NCBI RefSeq assembly: GCF_009914755.1
Contig: NC_060925.1
From: the human T2T-CHM13v2.0 reference genome, Homo sapiens
Strand: one strand, 5' to 3'
DNA length: 64,000 nt
Shown here: positions 55,891 to 64,000 of the stretch, piece after piece
How positions within the stretch are numbered: the first letter of the stretch is position 1
How the letters are laid out: the number at the start of each line of letters is the position of its first letter
Program-made: the position numbers and the translations under genes
Notes under the pieces: generated by a model
The model's database searches: none
Told to the model about the DNA's origin: nothing
What the model saw: the letters and a program-made list of their open reading frames with translations, nothing else

Positions 55891-57829
55891 AATATTTCTT
55901 TTATATTAAAGCAATATAAATATATTATGAAGCAGAATGCAAAATCATCACAAATTTTAAGATAAATAATGGAACTTCAAGGGACTGTTACACTTCCAGT
56001 GTATTATAACTCCTTGCTACCAAGGCTTTCTTTTCTTTAGGAGAGATCTCTCTCCTCTGCCCTTGAGACTTGGCTGGACAAGTTTTGCCCTTATACATCA
56101 TCCTGCAAGCAAACTCTCTCCTGAGTGGTTAAGTAGGTGGCTACTGGAGTCAGATCAGTTGTATTCAAATCCCTAATCAACTATTTATTAGCTGTGTAAC
56201 CCTGGACAAATGCTTTAACCTTCCCAAATTCTTAGTTTTGTCAGTAGCAAAATACAGAATCAAGTAAGATAATGTGTGCCAAACGTTTAGCAGAGTGCTG
56301 GAGATGGAATAAGTGCTCAGCAAATGTTAGTGACTATTATAAGCAATTTTAAGCTATACTTGTTATGCTCTAACACATGGGCATGTGACTGTACCTGTCA
56401 ATAAAAAAACAGAGAAGAAATATTTGCCCTATCAAACATTAAATGAGGTTTCTGAGGCAACTGCAGTCTAAAGCTATTCCTTGTTCTCTTCAAAATGCAT
56501 AACTATTAAAAAAATCAAATGTGTGAGGTTAATCTCAATAAGCAAAAAACTAAAACAGACTACAAAAGAGTAAAGTTGAGGCATCTGGTAGGAGAAAAGC
56601 TTATACAATATTAAGTTTTTAATAGAAAAGAGATAAAAAGCTTTGCAATGGGAATTGTGAATGATTTTGTGGCCTAAGTTATAATATCCAGAATGAAAGT
56701 AGAGGCCAAGAGGCTAAGAGAGAAATCCTATAGTTATTACTTAGCAGAGTTTTCACTACTCTTGGCTTGGGGCAAGGGCAGAAGCAACAGGAAGGAAGGG
56801 TTGAAGGGTGTTTTATTATAAAGTTAAGCTGCAGTTGGGCAGGAAACCACAATGTCGAAGACATTCTCTTGAAGGAACTGTTACGGTAACACCAAGAGCA
56901 AGTGATAATACTGAAGTCAGTGAAAGGGACTGCCAATGCAGGAGCTACTTCTTGAATTACCTAAAAAGTTGATGTACCACTCCCATTAGGGGGGATCAGG
57001 GTCCACAGATATCAGACTTTTAGGATAAATCAACTTTACTGCCACTGGAACTTTGAATAAACATCCAGGGTTAAATAAATTACTAATCAGTAGTAGTTGA
57101 AAGAAGAGGAAGACAGTCTATGCCTGGGGAAGTTTCATTTTAATTTTGAAATCAACAGTTATTTTTTAAAACTGTTACAATGTAAGGGCAGGTAATTTGT
57201 GTCAAATGGCTGTTTATAAAACTCTTAATGAAATCATATTTTTATCAAAAATGTATAATTATGATGGGTTCTAACAATGTATTATTTATTATTTCTTTCT
57301 CTTATCCATACCAGAAAACAGTTTAACTGCAGATCAAATTGCTAATACGATTAGTGCCTAGTGGAAATAATGAAATTGAAAATGTAAAGAATCAGGAGTA
57401 CATAACCAGTTTCTAGGGGCATGCATTTATGAATTCAAATTATTAAGAAAATAGCATATATATATATAGTTGATACACTGGATATTATACTAAGTGTTAA
57501 ACTTTCCACTGAATCATTCCCATTAGTGTACAAACTTGTTATTTTTTCTCTCATGTAAAAATCAAAATAAACAAACAAAACACCATCTCTTGACTACACT
57601 TCCACTTCAGCTGTAGTTCTTTTTCTCTGCAAGCTTCTTTTTCTCTCCAAGCCTCTATAGTGATGCTTATGAGACAACTGTCGTCTAAAATTATTCTCTT
57701 TAAAGAGTTGTCATTAATTCTTCTCCCAGGCCTTCTCAACCCTTCTTCAAAAGTTTCTGCTCTTACCAATCCACTGACGCTTTTCCCCTTATAGTCATTC
57801 TGTGACAGCCATGCTGTTAAATCCAACTA

Positions 57830-58288
57830 TTTTTAAGTTCTAATTTCTGACTTATTTACAGCATTTGGCAAAGTTGCTCACTCTATTCCTGCAAACACCC
57901 TCCTGCCTTGATTTCCAGGATACCACACAAGATTGGGTTTCCTCATATCTTTCTGACTTCTTCCCAGTTTTCCTTGCTGGTTCCTCCTCATCTTCCCAAT
58001 CTGTGTCCAAGGCTCAGTCCTTGAACATTTTATATTTTGATCAACTCTACCTACATGCTTTGCCCATTATCAAGGCTTTAAGTGCCACATATAAGCTAAT
58101 GACTCCAAAATTAGTATTTCCAGCTTAGACACGTCCTCTGGATTCCTGACCTAGCTATCTGACTACTTGACATTTTCATATGGATGTCTACTAAGCACCT
58201 AAACTTAACATGACCAAAACAGAGCCCCTAATATTCTCCCGAAAACCAGCAACTACTGCATTTTCCCACCTCAGTTAATAACAACACA
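57830..58288 (+). mobile_element. L2 fragment cut off at the L1 patch
   Basis: ccaaggctcagtccttg ... ggatgtctactaagcacctaaacttaacatgaccaaaac ... cccacctcagttaataacaacac; no L2 continuation seen after 61576. Confidence 0.7.
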
Positions 58289-60847
<2,559 letters not shown>

Positions 60848-60848
60848 A

Positions 60849-61576
<728 letters not shown>

Positions 61577-61872
61577 ACTGGATTTTGTTCTCCCTTATTC
61601 TATAAATAGAATTCTATTATAGAGACAAGTTGAAATAGATCTCAAATTGTTGCCATTGTCACAGCTGTAACTTGTGACTGATGTGTAAAGAACCATTACA
61701 AGCTGGACTCTAAGAGTGATCGATATAGCTTTCACCTCTGATAGACACTAGCCAGAATCTCTTCCATTATGGTTACCATCAAAGAGAGGTACAAGGTCAG
61801 AAATCAAACAACAATGATACACTACCTTTCCCTAAATATAATGAATAGGGAACTATTCTTAATAATAAATAA

Positions 61873-61943
61873 TTTATTAATTAGAACATATAAGTGAATA
61901 CAGAAGACATTTAAAAGTAAAAATACAAAGGAATAATTTTATT
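61873..61943 (-). terminator. XCL2: two AATAAA polyadenylation signals in the XCL2 3'UTR
   Basis: Plus-strand TTTATT at 61938-61943 and 61873-61878, about 100 and 165 nt after the stop codon. Confidence 0.7.
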
Positions 61944-62042
61944 CATGCAGTGCTTTCATAAAAGGTGAGTATAAACTCAGTCCATGAGGGTGTAAAGTGA
62001 AATGAGCTGGCTGGCTGGAGACGGACAGGGTGCCAGAGACTA

Positions 62043-62211
62043 CTAGCCAGTCAGGGTCACAGCTGTATTGGTCGATTGCTGGGTTCCTGTTGGCTTGGTC
62101 TGGATCATGTTATTTCTGGTGTTGGATTTCCTGTCCATGCTCCTGACCACGTCTCTCACCCACGTGGCTTGTGGATCAGCACAGACTTTTAGGCCACGTT
62201 TGGTAATAAAA
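62043..62211 (-). CDS. XCL2: XCL2 (lymphotactin-beta / SCM-1beta) exon 3 coding part
   Basis: Acceptor ttgcgttacAG|T. Encodes (I)FITKRGLKVCADPQATWVRDVVRSMDRKSNTRNNMIQTKPTGTQQSTNTAVTLTG, then TAG followed by a second TAG. Phase matches exon 2. Confidence 0.97.
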
Positions 62212-63084
62212 CTGTAACGCAAGGAAAAGACAGATGAAGTTAGCCACGTTCTCAAAGCCTCAGGGTCAGGAGTTAAGATCAGGGCAGACATGAAGAGATC
62301 TTGTGCAGAAATTACTGCAAGAAATAGTCTTTCAGAGCCATGAGATCATAAATGAGTACCCTTCTTCTGCCATCTATTTTAACATAAAGGAGAAATATCT
62401 GCAAGTAGTATCCAGCCCCTTTGTTCACCATAATTCACAGGCTCCTTTTCTCATCCATGTCACCAAATGTTGTAACAAAAAGACATTTGAGGCCATCTAG
62501 TTCCATTATTATATAACCTCTTCCTTTTCAAATTTGAAAATACTCATCTTATTTTTTTTTAAAAAGGTGATTTTTACATTTTCATTCTTTAGAGCAAAGC
62601 TTGCAATATGTATTGGGAAGAGTTATTACTTCTAAAAATGAGATTCTGGTAGAAGAAAGGGACCATGTAGGTTGTGCATTGACTCATTTTCTTGAAATAT
62701 GGCAACTGATAAAGTATGGGACTCTGCCTAACTCAACCCTAAGATCCCCCAACTCCAGTGAGGCTTGCAGGGAAACCCTGACATGAGCCAGCCATCTCTA
62801 AACCCAGATCTCAGAGCTGTGCACAGTATTCAACAGACTCTTCCACTAAGACAAATAGAGGAGGACTTCTATTCTTTCTTTGGCAGCCCAATTTCTGCAA
62901 TAATCGCTATTCGGTTGGGCTGCAGAAAGACATGATTGATAAGGAAAACTAAAGAGGTTTTTGGTTAAGTTGAGGTGTTCCTCTATGCTGACCTACTTTT
63001 CCTGAGGACGGCAGCATTTCTATAGAGTGTATTTCTATACCTCTAGGTACCCACCCAGCCCAACTTCTGAGGAGGCAGACTCAC

Positions 63085-63199
63085 ATTACTGCTCTCAAGG
63101 AGCCTTCCGTGATGGTGTAGGTCTTGATTCTGCTAACTGGCAGTCGCTGGGTAGTGAGGCTCACACAGGTCCTCCTATGTGAGACTTCACTCCCTACAC
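63085..63199 (-). CDS. XCL2: XCL2 exon 2 (115 bp); exon 1 with the signal peptide lies beyond the right edge
   Basis: Acceptor ttcctcatcAG|GT, donor AT|GTgagt. Encodes (G)VGSEVSHRRTCVSLTTQRLPVSRIKTYTITEGSLRAV(I). His7-Arg8 (CAT AGG at 63179-63174) marks XCL2; XCL1 has Asp-Lys. Confidence 0.96.
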
Positions 63200-63796
63200 C
63201 TGATGAGGAAAAAAAAACAACAGACAATTAAAAATAAAGCAATTACCCAGATCACAGGAACAATCGTCTGTTAAATTACTCTGAGAATGTTGTGAGAATA
63301 TAAGGCCATTTGCTTTTTGGGGGAAGAGAGGACTGATAGGCATCCCGAATCTCTTGCCCGTCACAGATTCTTAGTAAATATTTGACTAATTTAAAAACTC
63401 AATCAACAGAATTGTTTCAGGAATTTCATGCTGAGAGAAAATAACAAGATGTTATCCCGTCTCTGTGTATATTTTCACTTAGACATTTGGGACGGCTAGC
63501 AAATGCCCCAGTGACACGCATTCATTCATTTATACAATGGTGCCTGTTGTGTCCCACATGTTTTATTAAGACAGACATTATCCCTGTTTTCATAGAGCAT
63601 ATCTTCTCATGAGGGAGCCAGGCAGCAGACAGGCAAACAGAAAAGATCATTTCAAATAGTGCAACATGTTACAGTACCATAAGTGAGATGACAGAGTAAT
63701 GCGTGAAGAGTACTCTAGGCAAGGCAACATTCAGTGAGGGAAGGAAGCATGCTTTTGACTGAGTAAATAAAGGTGTTCCCCTTTTTAAATGGTCAA

Positions 63797-64000
63797 ATTT
63801 CCCTCTCTGTCAGCTGCCTAAGATGCTGAAAAGAAAGAAGGCCAAAGGAAAGAAGGTGGCCCAGTCCCTGCCGTCGTGAGGAAGCAGGAGGCTAAGAAAG
63901 TGATGAAACCGCTGTGTGAGAAAAGGCCTAAGAGTTTTCTTAGGCAGGCATTGGACAGGACATCCAGCCCAAAAGAGACCTCCACTGCTTTGTGAAATGG
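63797..64000 (+). pseudogene. RPL7A processed pseudogene, 5' end, antisense within XCL2 intron 1
   Basis: Pyrimidine TOP-like leader and ATG at 63823. Translated pieces MLKRKKAKGKKVA ... KQEAKKV ... EKRPK ... GIGQDIQPKRDL ... FVKW match the RPL7A N-terminus; no introns; 1-nt deletion gives an early TGA; 8-nt insertion. Confidence 0.93.

Noticed and set aside
62043-62291. 82-aa ORF as an alternative XCL2 isoform starting in intron 2
   Set aside because: It is exon 3 plus 80 nt of open intron. The ATG context is weak, the product lacks the signal peptide and first cysteine, and a canonical acceptor at 62212-62213 explains the structure.

Overview
Primate, very probably human, genomic DNA that is mostly repeat-derived. 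The only protein-coding sequence is at the right end: exons 2-3 and the 3' UTR of the C-chemokine gene XCL2 (lymphotactin-beta) on the minus strand. It is called XCL2 rather than XCL1 from the His-Arg codons at mature residues 7-8; from recall this places the window at human 1q24. The 5' end of an RPL7A processed pseudogene lies antisense in XCL2 intron 1. The other ~61 kb is XCL2 downstream flank: L1 copies, six Alus, a near-complete Tigger1, MaLR and MER21 LTRs, MER58/MER91 elements, L2/MIR remnants and microsatellites. Almost all ORFs in the track are repeat fragments or chance ORFs. I found no support for a new gene system. The most unusual structure is a 3.3-kb L1 ORF2 patch (58289-61576) in three rearranged pieces, with no poly(A) tail or target-site duplication (TSD). 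It joins a broken L2 to the XCL2 3' flank and carries a 38-bp insertion matching sequence 3.1 kb upstream plus two fold-back insertions; I propose it is a repair scar, possibly at the XCL1/XCL2 duplication breakpoint. Also notable are an L1 3' transduction (46842-47258) and a TSD-bounded L1 whose 5'UTR is fused to distal ORF2 (6279-8518). Repeat subfamily calls, consensus comparisons and old-repeat boundaries come from memory and are approximate.
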